This document shows, piece after piece, positions 28,604 through 37,691 of a stretch of DNA of 63,557 nucleotides. The position numbers and the translations under genes were made by a program. The DNA is taken from IMG/VR virus record IMGVR_UViG_3300045988_164395, one strand, 5' to 3'. Within the stretch, counting starts at the first letter, position 1. Every line of letters begins with the position of its first letter. The DNA is from a virus. The notes beneath the pieces were generated by a model that had not been told where the DNA came from, did no database searches, and saw nothing but the letters and a program-made list of their open reading frames with translations.

Positions 28604-29987
28604 CTTCGCTTTTTGTGTTAAGACTTATTACTTGTTTTACTATATCTCTTTCCTCGTCCGTCATGTCAAACAATGTCTTGTCGAACAGAGGATCTTCAAA
28701 TCTGCTCTCCTTGATTTGCGCTCTCCAGTCATTGATACTGATGAGGCCGCTGAGGAACTGCTCCTTGCATCTGGTATTTACCATCGTCTTGACTTCTTCG
28801 GCTTCCTTCAGTCCTTGCTGCAGACAGTCCACATCAGAGAAATCACAATCAAGATAATAACCTCCTTCTTCCAGTCCAAGAAATGCAGTAAGCTGTTTAC
28901 AAAACTTCTTGGCCATTGGAATGATAGTGGATGTATACACAGCTTTTTCAGCTGTAGCCTGATTGCTGAATGTTGATTGGTCCTTTCGAGGAACAAGTAC
29001 TGAAGGAATGCCGTACGCTCCAGCTATCTGTATAGCGTCAGTCAATGTTTCCTCAAATGGTTGCAGCTCACTGATAGAGAGGTTTGTTCTTACAAATGAC
29101 AGAGGAACGTCACTTAAACCATAAGGAAGTCTACGATTGTCAAGTCCGAATTTTCCGTAGTGGCTATTAAGAATTTCTTCTTTTTCTTCTTTTGTCATTG
29201 CGACAGTTCCAGCTTCATCCCTCTTATTGGACACAAGGAAACCCAAACCACCACGTTTTACATAAATCACGTTTCTCGCTTCATATACAGCAAGAAGGTT
29301 AGATATAGGTTTCAGATGAGCGGCCAACCTGCTCTTTGATTTCAGAAACCCGTTGATTGACATATATTCAGGTGATCCGTCACGGTCATGCCATATTTGA
29401 TATGAAGGAATTTCCATTGTACTCACATATCCGTAATTCAGCCGGTAACAACGAATAATATCATCTTCAGATGCTATTCCGAAGATTGGACTATTAACAC
29501 TTCTGTTAGGCTCTACATTAACGAAATCAGCAGGAAGTTCCCAGAAATTATCGCACCATTTCCATTTAGGCTGGTTCTTGAATGTTTCACCCACTGCGGC
29601 ACGAAAGAAAGCATTACCAGTACACAGCTTGTACACAAAATGGGAATATATCAGCTCGTTCCAAGACATCAGACAGTTGGGTTTCGTGAGAATCTGGTTC
29701 ATTCTCTTGTTTTCCCATACAACACTATCGTCCTTTACCTTCTTTAATTGGAATCCAGAACCAGCAATTCGGGAAGCAATATAGTCAATCGGGAAAAAAA
29801 CTTCAGGCACTGAACGGAACAATTCCATATAATTATGCCCGCAAACCACTGGCGATACGAACAACTCATGTACATCACATCTGTCAATATCACCACCTTT
29901 AGGCGTTGACACAGTCTGTGGCTCATTAGCCATTTTCAGACCAGTACAAGCTGGAAGCGTATCTTGTTTTATAATTGTATATCCCAT
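28551..29987 (-). CDS. Portal protein
   Basis: 478 aa. It is the first gene after the late promoter, upstream of the protease and capsid genes. Confidence 0.75.
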   Translation of the reverse strand: MGYTIIKQDTLPACTGLKMANEPQTVSTPKGGDIDRCDVHELFVSPVVCGHNYMELFRSVPEVFFPIDYIASRIAGSGFQLKKVKDDSVVWENKRMNQILTKPNCLMSWNELIYSHFVYKLCTGNAFFRAAVGETFKNQPKWKWCDNFWELPADFVNVEPNRSVNSPIFGIASEDDIIRCYRLNYGYVSTMEIPSYQIWHDRDGSPEYMSINGFLKSKSRLAAHLKPISNLLAVYEARNVIYVKRGGLGFLVSNKRDEAGTVAMTKEEKEEILNSHYGKFGLDNRRLPYGLSDVPLSFVRTNLSISELQPFEETLTDAIQIAGAYGIPSVLVPRKDQSTFSNQATAEKAVYTSTIIPMAKKFCKQLTAFLGLEEGGYYLDCDFSDVDCLQQGLKEAEEVKTMVNTRCKEQFLSGLISINDWRAQIKESRFEDPLFDKTLFDMTDEERDIVKQVISLNTKSEVENGRENQKPSVQNEGK

Positions 29988-30004
29988 AGTTTATCCTTAT
30001 ATGA

Positions 30005-30056
30005 CAAAGATAAATTATGGGTATATACGATGTTATAAATTAAAAAATCTTGAAAT
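30005..30056 (-). promoter_or_regulatory. Late-type promoter: ATTTCAAGATTTTTT-N29-TATCTTTG
   Basis: The -7 box TATCTTTG (rc of 30005-30012) matches TAnnTTTG. The 15-mer (rc of 30042-30056) and the spacing are the same as at 16970-16984. Confidence 0.5.
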
Positions 30057-30168
30057 TTACAAAGTAAGTAAACAATAGTATAAATAACTAAATACCAAAC
30101 AAATACATATAATATCAGGGTTACCCTAATTTTATGAGGTATATGAAATTCCACTCCAGTCAATACAG

Positions 30169-30209
30169 AAAATAAAAAGCCCTGCTCCATCAAAATGCGG
30201 AACAGGGCT
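30169..30209 (-). terminator. Rho-independent terminator after hicB
   Basis: On the minus strand, AGCCCTGTTCC...GGAGCAGGGCT is followed by TTTTATTTT. Confidence 0.75.
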
Positions 30210-30253
30210 TGATTGTCTTAATAAACGGTCTCGCCTCACGGCGGTACATTATC

Positions 30254-30649
30254 TTAGAATGTTGCTTCGGAAAGCTCCTTAGAAATTCTTTCCACTGCTA
30301 CACGTATTTTGTCATACTGTTTTTGTCCGGCATTGGTTACTCCTGATGTATATTGACGCATCAAAGACGGATTGATACCAGCCAATTCTGCCACTTTCGT
30401 TACGTTCAGGAAAGAGAAATAATCAAAGAAAGACTGCATATCATATTTATATACAAATTCCAGTTCCGGAACTTCCTTACCTTCCTCAGCCTGTATTTCC
30501 TTTATTTCCTTATATGCTTCAAGCATATCCCCTTTTGCTGCTTCAGCAGTATCACCAAAGCCAGATAATCCGAAACCGGGCAAATCTTCCTCCACATAGC
30601 AAGAATAATGCCCGTCCTTTGCCTTTTCCATAATTGCCGTAACTTTCAT
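30254..30649 (-). CDS. hicB: HicB-family antitoxin (N-terminal HicB fold plus C-terminal HTH)
   Basis: MKVTAIMEKAKDGHYSCYVEEDLPGFGLSGFGDTAEAAKGDMLEA is typical of the HicB/UPF0150 family. The C-terminal VTKVAELAGINPSLMRQY is HTH-like. Confidence 0.75.
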   Translation of the reverse strand: MKVTAIMEKAKDGHYSCYVEEDLPGFGLSGFGDTAEAAKGDMLEAYKEIKEIQAEEGKEVPELEFVYKYDMQSFFDYFSFLNVTKVAELAGINPSLMRQYTSGVTNAGQKQYDKIRVAVERISKELSEATF

Positions 30650-30660
30650 ATTTCCTCTTT

Positions 30661-30695
30661 TTTTAGTAAAAGGGGTACGGCATTATGCCGCCCCC
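30661..30695 (-). promoter_or_regulatory. Intercistronic hairpin plus T-tract between hicA and hicB
   Basis: On the minus strand, GGGGGCGGCATAATGCCGTACCCC is followed by TTTTACTAAAA. Confidence 0.4.
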
Positions 30696-30749
30696 AATTG
30701 TCTCAACAAAATACATCTTCCAACCATGAAGTGCAAAAAGGTTGGGGGA

Positions 30750-30935
30750 TTATTCCCCCAAAAGAACCTTTCTTGCTTTACGTTCCATCCCAGTAGGTAC
30801 TTCCTGTTTGCCATGCCTTGACAAAGCAAACTTGTTTCCCGTCTTGGGACTGTACCAAATATCGTGGTTAGCCCCGTGCCTGAGAACGTAACAACCTGCT
30901 GCGGTCAATTCCGCAAAAAACTGATTGTACTTCAT
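30750..30935 (-). CDS. hicA: HicA-family mRNA interferase toxin
   Basis: 61 aa. LRHGANHDIWYSPKTGNKFALSRHGKQEVPTGMERKARKVL matches the HicA pattern. Confidence 0.75.
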   Translation of the reverse strand: MKYNQFFAELTAAGCYVLRHGANHDIWYSPKTGNKFALSRHGKQEVPTGMERKARKVLLGE

Positions 30936-31039
30936 AATTTAAAAGACCGTTTATTTATTAAGACATTGCAAATATAGCGTTTTTGCTATAATACTCCAAA
31001 TAAAAACATAACATTTTTGCTATATTTTTATTCCTTATA

Positions 31040-33046
31040 TTAACTAACATATGATTTTATCAATGTATACGCTATACCGCTCAATAGAGCACTGGCTCCA
31101 CTTATATTATCCTCATTGTAGTCAAGGACTTCAGTTATGAATGACATATACTCATCATTCTCCATGCCGGTTTCAGACAGAAGGAAATATGATTTGATGA
31201 AATCAGATGTAGCAGCTATTCTCTTATCCATATCCTGATATTCCTTCTTAATCCTTACCTCCGGAAGCGTATTTCTCAGTTCCCTTGCCATTTGGTAATA
31301 TGCAGGTGACGATTCCACGATGTACATTCCTGCATCATGTGAACATATAACAGACTTCATCTCTTCGAGTGATACAGTTTCACGCATTACGAGGTCAAGA
31401 ACATGCCATTTTTCTCCACACCTTGCAACCTGACACATATAGAACTTTCCTCCAACATTCGGCATGATGTACACGATCTTCTGTGAATACTGATATTCGA
31501 CTGAAGGATTGAAGAATCCGAACACGCTTCTGTCAGAATACATGTTGCGTTTACGACGGTTTGAGAACTGGGAATACTCCTCGTACATGATGTCGTGTAC
31601 GACATATCTCAAAGTATCGGTAAGGTGTCCGTGTTCCTCATAGGATTGTTTCGTTACGCTGTCCTTTATCTTTGTCTTGAGAATTAAGCCATTAGCATCC
31701 TTCTGTACGCTCTGGTAGTCCTCGATTGATACCCTGCAACTATCGTCTATGCTTATGCTGAGGCCGGGCAATGATTTCTCAAAAACAGCATTGACAAACT
31801 CACCCGTCATGGATACGGACGGATTCCTGTTACCCACCTTATCCTCAACAATCCAGTTGTCTTTTTTCAGTGTTTCAATAAACAGGTCCATGAATGAACG
31901 TTTCTCATCGTCGATCGTGTTGGCTGCTTTTGCTGAGGCATCACCATGAAGGTAGATTTTATCGTCGTATCCTAACTCCTGCAGTCGCTTAGATACCAGT
32001 TTCGCAGCACGTCTTGCGCTATTGTTCGGGCTGTCTGCCGTTGTTTCGGCAATCTGGTACATATCCTTACCTTTGCTAAGGTCTGCCTGCCAATAGCTGA
32101 CAGATATGTACGGCAGCACGTTGCTGTCGACAGAAAGATGTATAGGTAATCCAGGGATATAATGATACTCACCGCTATTCTTGCCGACATTGAACGAGCC
32201 GAGGAACTCGTTACCAGTCTTGATTACTCCCCATTCCCCAAGTGCATACACGTTGTAGTAATCCGGATCATAAATACGGTCATGCTCGAAGTCCATAACA
32301 CACTGTTCATCGTAATATCCATACGTTCCGTCAGGAGAACCCACAACCCAGAAGTTGTTCAGGTAAGTTGTCTGTATCACTACCATATTGGGAGGATACT
32401 CCTCTATTTCCTTTGTCACAGGGTTCACGATTGAACGCCCCTCGTTCATCTTCAATGACTTCACCTTTGTCAACTCTGCAGGTATTATCTGGCCGCCAAT
32501 TTCTACAGACATGGGGACATCATGCAGTTTCTCGTTATCCAGCCAGTCCTTCTTTATCCAGTGAGTTTCACTGATAGGGTTAAAATCAGCAATAATCTGC
32601 TGTCCCTTCTTACCACGCAGACGCTTACGGATCTGCTTCAGGTCTGCATACTCAAACTCGGACAACTCCTCGAGCTGCACCCTCTTGTAGTTGCTGATAC
32701 CCTTTATCTTTTCCGGATCGTCCAATCCAGAGAAATCTATCTTGGCTCCGTTATACAGACACTTTATTACATTCTGGTTGAACTTGAAGTATTGCGTGAT
32801 TCCCAATAATGATGCTGCAACCTTGTAATCTTCATAGATGGTTTTGCTGATGGATGCTCCGACCTTTCTCATCACAAGCGTATTCTCACCGTCCTGCAAT
32901 GTCTGTATAAGAATGCACTGTGCTACGCTGAAAGACTTACTAGACGATGAACCACCATACAGGATAATGAATCGCAGTGTAGCATCATTCAGATATTTCA
33001 GCAGGTAAAAGGCATTTGGATTGAGTTTCTTGTGATTTATAAGCAT
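31040..33046 (-). CDS. terL: Terminase large subunit
   Basis: 668 aa with a Walker A-like YGGSSSSKS near the N-terminus. It lies downstream of the small subunit. Confidence 0.85.
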   Translation of the reverse strand: MLINHKKLNPNAFYLLKYLNDATLRFIILYGGSSSSKSFSVAQCILIQTLQDGENTLVMRKVGASISKTIYEDYKVAASLLGITQYFKFNQNVIKCLYNGAKIDFSGLDDPEKIKGISNYKRVQLEELSEFEYADLKQIRKRLRGKKGQQIIADFNPISETHWIKKDWLDNEKLHDVPMSVEIGGQIIPAELTKVKSLKMNEGRSIVNPVTKEIEEYPPNMVVIQTTYLNNFWVVGSPDGTYGYYDEQCVMDFEHDRIYDPDYYNVYALGEWGVIKTGNEFLGSFNVGKNSGEYHYIPGLPIHLSVDSNVLPYISVSYWQADLSKGKDMYQIAETTADSPNNSARRAAKLVSKRLQELGYDDKIYLHGDASAKAANTIDDEKRSFMDLFIETLKKDNWIVEDKVGNRNPSVSMTGEFVNAVFEKSLPGLSISIDDSCRVSIEDYQSVQKDANGLILKTKIKDSVTKQSYEEHGHLTDTLRYVVHDIMYEEYSQFSNRRKRNMYSDRSVFGFFNPSVEYQYSQKIVYIMPNVGGKFYMCQVARCGEKWHVLDLVMRETVSLEEMKSVICSHDAGMYIVESSPAYYQMARELRNTLPEVRIKKEYQDMDKRIAATSDFIKSYFLLSETGMENDEYMSFITEVLDYNEDNISGASALLSGIAYTLIKSYVS

Positions 33047-33142
33047 AAACGCACCATTTTTGTTCTATTTTTTAGATTTTTCGTATTGTCTTTTGTATAA
33101 ACCCCGACATCTTTCTCACATAATTGTTCTATTTTTTAGAAT

Positions 33143-33673
33143 TTATTCAGTTTCATCATCAAAGCCAATACGTATTTCATTGATATTTTCACCTTGTTTA
33201 CCACTAAGGGATATCTGCTGGGGCGCATTCCATCCATTCATGCTTGCCAGAAGCTTCGCTGCCTCTACCTTACCGTTGAACTCATAACTTACCTTACCCT
33301 TGTCGTTGCTTATCTTCTTCATCGCATTTCTCACACTCTTAGGCATCTGACGGGGAGATTTCAGCTTTATCTTACCGGTTACAGGATCTACGAGATACAA
33401 ATCGTTCGGGTCCATCATGACAATATCCATAAGAACCTTTTCAACCTTTTCACGGCTAACTTTCGATGCTTCAGCACGTTCAGACCTCAGTTCGTCTATC
33501 CTTGCTGCAACCTTGTTACTAGCCAACATCCTACTGGCATTGCTCCAAATCGTCTCAGGTTGCATCTTTGATGCGTCATAGGCCATCCTGTATGCTTCAC
33601 TTGCATTACCGTCACAGTCAAGGTAATAATTGCAGAACTTTTCCTGTTTTTCAGTCAATTTCCTGTTATTCAT
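33143..33673 (-). CDS. terS: Terminase small subunit (P27/Terminase_2 type)
   Basis: LTEKQEKFCNYYLDCDGNASEAYRMAY...SNASRML is the characteristic N-terminal motif. Confidence 0.85.
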   Translation of the reverse strand: MNNRKLTEKQEKFCNYYLDCDGNASEAYRMAYDASKMQPETIWSNASRMLASNKVAARIDELRSERAEASKVSREKVEKVLMDIVMMDPNDLYLVDPVTGKIKLKSPRQMPKSVRNAMKKISNDKGKVSYEFNGKVEAAKLLASMNGWNAPQQISLSGKQGENINEIRIGFDDETE

Positions 33674-33676
33674 AGG

Positions 33677-34222
33677 CTAATGATTATTTATACCGACGAT
33701 GCAGATTACCTGTTTCCGGTCTTTCAGCAAATCGTAGGCTGCTGTTAATGTACTTCCAGTCGTGCAGATATCATCAAAGAGTATTATTCTCTTTTCCTTA
33801 ATGGGCTGGAGAAGATAAAACTCAGGATTAATACGTGTTCTGTTGAGGCACTGCATTGCGGATTCATAGAATTTTATTTTCACCCCCTGGGCAATTTTTT
33901 GACAAACGTCAGTGGCGAAATGATACTCTGTAATATGTCTGCGCTTTGGTGTAGTGATTATGCACCACTCATCATCCGGCCGTACCAATGAAAGTATCAG
34001 TTCAGTAGCAGCTCCTGAAATGGCTTCTGCACACTCACCCGAATTCTTGATTTCCTCAAATGGGATTCCATCCTTCGTACTTGCAAACAGGGAGATATAA
34101 TAAAACCCGCACTTGCGGTGGATTCTCACTTTGGGTTTCATGTCGCAGAACCTTTTGTGTTTCCTCCATCCGCCGGCGGGTTTATCCCAGTCATCAATCC
34201 TTATCTTTCTACCTCTGCCCAT
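33677..34222 (-). CDS. ComF-like phosphoribosyltransferase-domain protein
   Basis: The PRTase PRPP-binding motif IILFDDICTTGSTL lies near the C-terminus. Confidence 0.65.
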   Translation of the reverse strand: MGRGRKIRIDDWDKPAGGWRKHKRFCDMKPKVRIHRKCGFYYISLFASTKDGIPFEEIKNSGECAEAISGAATELILSLVRPDDEWCIITTPKRRHITEYHFATDVCQKIAQGVKIKFYESAMQCLNRTRINPEFYLLQPIKEKRIILFDDICTTGSTLTAAYDLLKDRKQVICIVGINNH

Positions 34223-34979
34223 TGAAAACCATCGCTATACCTTTTTCTACCGAGATATAATTCAAAGGTATAGAATTTAAGCGTTCATTCACAGTTTGGC
34301 AATAATTGTCAAAATTCCTTTTTTCTTCAATAAGCTGAATATCAACATGGTGGTATTTTCTGACAATTTCAGCAAAATGCAGGACTGTACAAGGATGCGG
34401 ATTTACAACATTGACAAGCTTGGCGTTAAAATTACAGGCAGAAATAAGTCCTTCTACTGCATCATCAATATAAGTGAAGCACCGGAGATTATTGCCCTTA
34501 TTATACAACATGACCTTTTCCGAATTAAGAAGTGTCCAGAGAAGAGTTCCTTTTCTCGGTTCCGGTCCGTATACATTATGCAATCTCACACCAGTTGCTT
34601 TCGGGCAATACACAGCAGCATACTGCTCGTCAAAATGCTTTGACATACCATACATGCTGGTAGTATTGCAAGGATTAGCAGTAGAAGAACTTGCATACAC
34701 AAGCTTTACTCCATAGCGGTTACATGATTCAGCAACCCTAATGAAAGTGTCTATATTATCCTTGCGAATCTGTTCAAGATTATCATTAAATACACTTGTC
34801 TGAGCAGCAAGATGTATTACAGCACTGAAGCCTCCTTCAGCAAGAAGGCATGCAATTCCGGAAGCTTCAGTTCCGCAAATACGGTCAATCCCAACAACTT
34901 CAACACCACGTTCTCTCAATTTTTTGCGAAGGGTCTTGCCTATAAAGCCTTCACTGCCAGTTACGACAATTTTCATCAT
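34209..34979 (-). CDS. NAD-dependent epimerase/dehydratase (extended SDR)
   Basis: Rossmann motif KIVVTGSEGFIGKTL, plus YASSS...YGMSK (the catalytic YxxxK). Confidence 0.8.
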   Translation of the reverse strand: MMKIVVTGSEGFIGKTLRKKLRERGVEVVGIDRICGTEASGIACLLAEGGFSAVIHLAAQTSVFNDNLEQIRKDNIDTFIRVAESCNRYGVKLVYASSSTANPCNTTSMYGMSKHFDEQYAAVYCPKATGVRLHNVYGPEPRKGTLLWTLLNSEKVMLYNKGNNLRCFTYIDDAVEGLISACNFNAKLVNVVNPHPCTVLHFAEIVRKYHHVDIQLIEEKRNFDNYCQTVNERLNSIPLNYISVEKGIAMVFNGQR

Positions 34980-35140
34980 CACAATTTGTTTAGAATTTTA
35001 CATAAAATATTCAGTATGTTACCAAGTAACATCACTATTATTATCAGGAGTGTGGTATCCTGCTCAACCTTCCCGATGGAATAGAAGAACAGGACAACCA
35101 TAATCATCAATATTACTCCCTTGGCCTGATAATGTTCCAT
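34979..35140 (-). CDS. Small TM protein (53 aa) missing from the ORF track
   Basis: MEHYQAKGVILMIMVVLFFYSIGKVEQDTTLLIIIVMLLGNILNILCKILNKL. It has TGATG start/stop overlaps with both neighbours. Confidence 0.4.
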   Translation of the reverse strand: MEHYQAKGVILMIMVVLFFYSIGKVEQDTTLLIIIVMLLGNILNILCKILNKL

Positions 35141-35508
35141 CAGGATTTTACGTTTAGCAAGTATTCTTCACGACTGATTGTCTTATAATTGGTTACAAGA
35201 ACATGCTTGCCTGAGTACAATTCAGATATGGTATCCTCAATCACCTCAAGAGATACACGTTCATCAAACTTCATGAATACCCTGCCAGGAACACCATCAG
35301 CAACGAAGGAAACAAAATAATATGTTCCACGCTCCCAGTAGAACACATATAAAATGAGACATGAAACTACAGCAGTCGGTAGATAAATCCAATCAGATGG
35401 TATATCAAAACCTCCCAAGATTATCAGTGAAGATAATACAACTGTTACCATAACCAACTCACACATCTTGATGAGCAGGCCTACAACCTGTTTTTTCTTT
35501 GCTTTCAT
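35140..35508 (-). CDS. Membrane protein
   Basis: 122 aa with two N-terminal TM segments. Confidence 0.5.
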   Translation of the reverse strand: MKAKKKQVVGLLIKMCELVMVTVVLSSLIILGGFDIPSDWIYLPTAVVSCLILYVFYWERGTYYFVSFVADGVPGRVFMKFDERVSLEVIEDTISELYSGKHVLVTNYKTISREEYLLNVKS

Positions 35509-35566
35509 AAATTCAATTTTTGCCAGTTAATAATTTAAATTCATACTTAGACTGATGTTTCATTAT

Positions 35567-36016
35567 TTACTGAAATGCCTCGCATATTTTAACGATGCAC
35601 TCAACGTTTTCTTCATTCAGCCATTCCTTTGCCACGTTCCACGAAATGCTTTTACTCGCTTTGAAATTATCAATTCGAATACTATGGTGCGACAACTTCC
35701 CTTCTGTCGGTTTCAATCCGGCATCATGCAATTCACATAAACCGTCTTTGTAGAATGTACACCAGTCTCCTTCTTGTCTGGCCTGTATCATCGGTACGGG
35801 CATATCAATGACACCCATAATCATACCTGCACACCATTGTGTTGGAGCAAGTCTGTCTTTATATCCTGCTTCGATAAGCTTTAAAACATCTTGCGGAGTA
35901 CCCAAACAAGGCGTATGACATTGCTGCTTACATAACTTGCATTTACACTGGATTGGTTTACGACCGGTTTTTCTGATTATTCGCTGTAACGACGTTTCGT
36001 TTATAAGTAAGCTCAT
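35567..36016 (-). CDS. Cys-rich protein
   Basis: 149 aa with CKCKLCKQQCHTPC. Confidence 0.45.
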   Translation of the reverse strand: MSLLINETSLQRIIRKTGRKPIQCKCKLCKQQCHTPCLGTPQDVLKLIEAGYKDRLAPTQWCAGMIMGVIDMPVPMIQARQEGDWCTFYKDGLCELHDAGLKPTEGKLSHHSIRIDNFKASKSISWNVAKEWLNEENVECIVKICEAFQ

Positions 36017-36423
36017 TTTGCTTTCTCTAAATTATAATTCCAAAAACTTAGTTTCCCTTTCACATTCATAATCGGCCTATCAAACAGAACCACATCTTTC
36101 AGCACCCAGTTCCAGCAACCTTTCTCTGCCCAGACGGATGAATGGTTCTGTACGCAGTCGGATATAACTACACTGCCGATGATCGCGCCTTTGGGAAACC
36201 CTCCATAAAAGGCACACTTGTACAACTCTTTACTTCTCTGCTCAATTTCTAACAGTTGTTCTTGTGTATAATCTGACAAACTTGGCTGTCCACTTGTTGA
36301 AGCATGAATCAGTACCCTCTGACCTAAGTATTTCTGGGGGCATTTCCAAGTCCGGTTCTCGATGTCTTTGATACCGTGAGCGATTAAGCTCGCCCACGGC
36401 TGTTTGATTGATATTGCTTTCAT
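36013..36423 (-). CDS. ASCH (PUA-like) domain protein
   Basis: MKAISIKQPWASLIAHGIKDIENRTW is the ASCH signature. Confidence 0.75.
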   Translation of the reverse strand: MKAISIKQPWASLIAHGIKDIENRTWKCPQKYLGQRVLIHASTSGQPSLSDYTQEQLLEIEQRSKELYKCAFYGGFPKGAIIGSVVISDCVQNHSSVWAEKGCWNWVLKDVVLFDRPIMNVKGKLSFWNYNLEKAK

Positions 36424-36441
36424 AACTTTTTATTTTAAAAT

Positions 36442-36562
36442 AAGGGACATACCCGAATGAAAAGAGTAAAGTGCCTAATTTTAAACTTATCATCATGAGT
36501 TATTGGATATGCCCCTTTTTATTTCTATTTTTGCTTTTGCCTAATTTTAAATTTTATTTATC
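36442..36562 (+). repeat. 115-bp repeated intergenic element, copy A (two GCCTAATTTTAAA boxes and flanking GGGACATA/TATGCCCC inverted arms)
   Basis: It aligns along its full length with 56707-56822. Both copies end at the ATG of a plus-strand ORF. Confidence 0.75.
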
Positions 36563-36820
36563 ATGGATAATAGTGAAATTTCAAAAGAAAGAGCAGAAGA
36601 AATATATGGTGCTCTTAAAAGAAAATGTCCTTCGTTTGAATGTCCAGTATGTAAATGCAAAACATTTAACTTAGTTGCAAGTGAGGTTTTTCTTCCTTTA
36701 CCAATGAGAGGAGAAAACAATATAATTCTCGCTCCTTCCAGAGGACGAAAATGTGTCGCCCAAATATGCAATAATTGTGGCAATACATTAATTTTTGATC
36801 TTGATACCCTATTCAAATGA
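36563..36820 (+). CDS. Zinc-ribbon small protein (plus-strand moron)
   Basis: 85 aa with CPVCKC...CNNCG. It is AT-rich, opposite in strand to its neighbours, and preceded by repeat element A. Confidence 0.55.
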   Translation: MDNSEISKERAEEIYGALKRKCPSFECPVCKCKTFNLVASEVFLPLPMRGENNIILAPSRGRKCVAQICNNCGNTLIFDLDTLFK

Positions 36821-37210
36821 CATAGGATAAACCTTATCAACGACCTGTGATTTAGCTTCAATAATTGCAGGTCGTTTTTTTAATTCAATAATAAGCGCAT
36901 CAGCTTGTTCAATGCTTACTTTTGCTGCATCCTCTAAAGTGATTTCATTACGCATAAGAACAGCAACACATTCCTTTGCGATTTCGTATCTACGCTGTTC
37001 CCAGTCTATATTATCCCAGTCAGTAATGGTAAGATATATGGCAGGAACGTAAGACATAACATTATCCAATTCACAAAGATAACACATTCCGTATGGTGCG
37101 TTAAGCACACCATCAGCATCTGCTTCCATGCCTTTGATAATGGTTACTTCTGTTCCTTCTTCTATTTCAGTTCTATTAAATTCCCATGATACTTTTAGTT
37201 TTGCTTTCAT
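36809..37210 (-). CDS. Hypothetical protein
   Basis: 133-aa ORF in a packed operon. Confidence 0.5.
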   Translation of the reverse strand: MKAKLKVSWEFNRTEIEEGTEVTIIKGMEADADGVLNAPYGMCYLCELDNVMSYVPAIYLTITDWDNIDWEQRRYEIAKECVAVLMRNEITLEDAAKVSIEQADALIIELKKRPAIIEAKSQVVDKVYPMSFE

Positions 37211-37398
37211 AACTTTTCCTTTTTGTAATATTCAACAATCGTTTTATTTAATGATAGAACAAGAGCAAATGTCAGTGTTGCCGGCATTTCGTTCGTATTC
37301 ATCTTCTTGATGAATACCTTACCATCCTTATATTCAAGAACAGTATCAAGTTCAATTATTTTGCTTTCGCTATTTGGCTGCTGTGTTTTACTACTCAT
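37207..37398 (-). CDS. Hypothetical small protein
   Basis: 63 aa with overlapping stop/start codons. Confidence 0.4.
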   Translation of the reverse strand: MSSKTQQPNSESKIIELDTVLEYKDGKVFIKKMNTNEMPATLTFALVLSLNKTIVEYYKKEKL

Positions 37399-37688
37399 AT
37401 TCTATCCTCCTTTGATTTACAATATCTTTCCGAACCATTTGTCCGCCAATATACTATTTCGTTTGCAGCTTCATCCAACGGCAATGAAGCAAGGTATTTC
37501 AAGCAGGCATCCCAACCAGCTAAAAATCCCTCGCTAAACTCGTCAGCACAGCAATCTTCATCACAGTCATGTGCTATGTTCTCGCCGTCGCAAAATCGAC
37601 AGTAAGCACGTTCTTCACAAGCATATTTCCCATTGCACTGGTAGTGCTGGTGAACGGCTTCTCTTAGCATTTTTTCTTTCTTATCCAT
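37395..37688 (-). CDS. Cys-rich hypothetical protein
   Basis: 97 aa with multiple Cys pairs. Confidence 0.45.
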   Translation of the reverse strand: MDKKEKMLREAVHQHYQCNGKYACEERAYCRFCDGENIAHDCDEDCCADEFSEGFLAGWDACLKYLASLPLDEAANEIVYWRTNGSERYCKSKEDRI

Positions 37689-37691
37689 ATT

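Noticed and set aside
29969-30193. The 74-aa minus-strand ORF between the portal gene and hicB.
   Set aside because: It lies in the terminator and late-promoter gap and overlaps the portal start. It translates to an implausible Phe/Tyr/Leu/Ile-rich peptide from AT-rich regulatory DNA.
36242-36861. Minus-strand ORFs 36242..36496 and 36547..36861, which cross repeat element A and the plus-strand zinc-ribbon gene.
   Set aside because: They overlap better-supported features (the ASCH gene, the repeat element and the plus-strand ORF with Cys motifs), and their translations are of poor quality.
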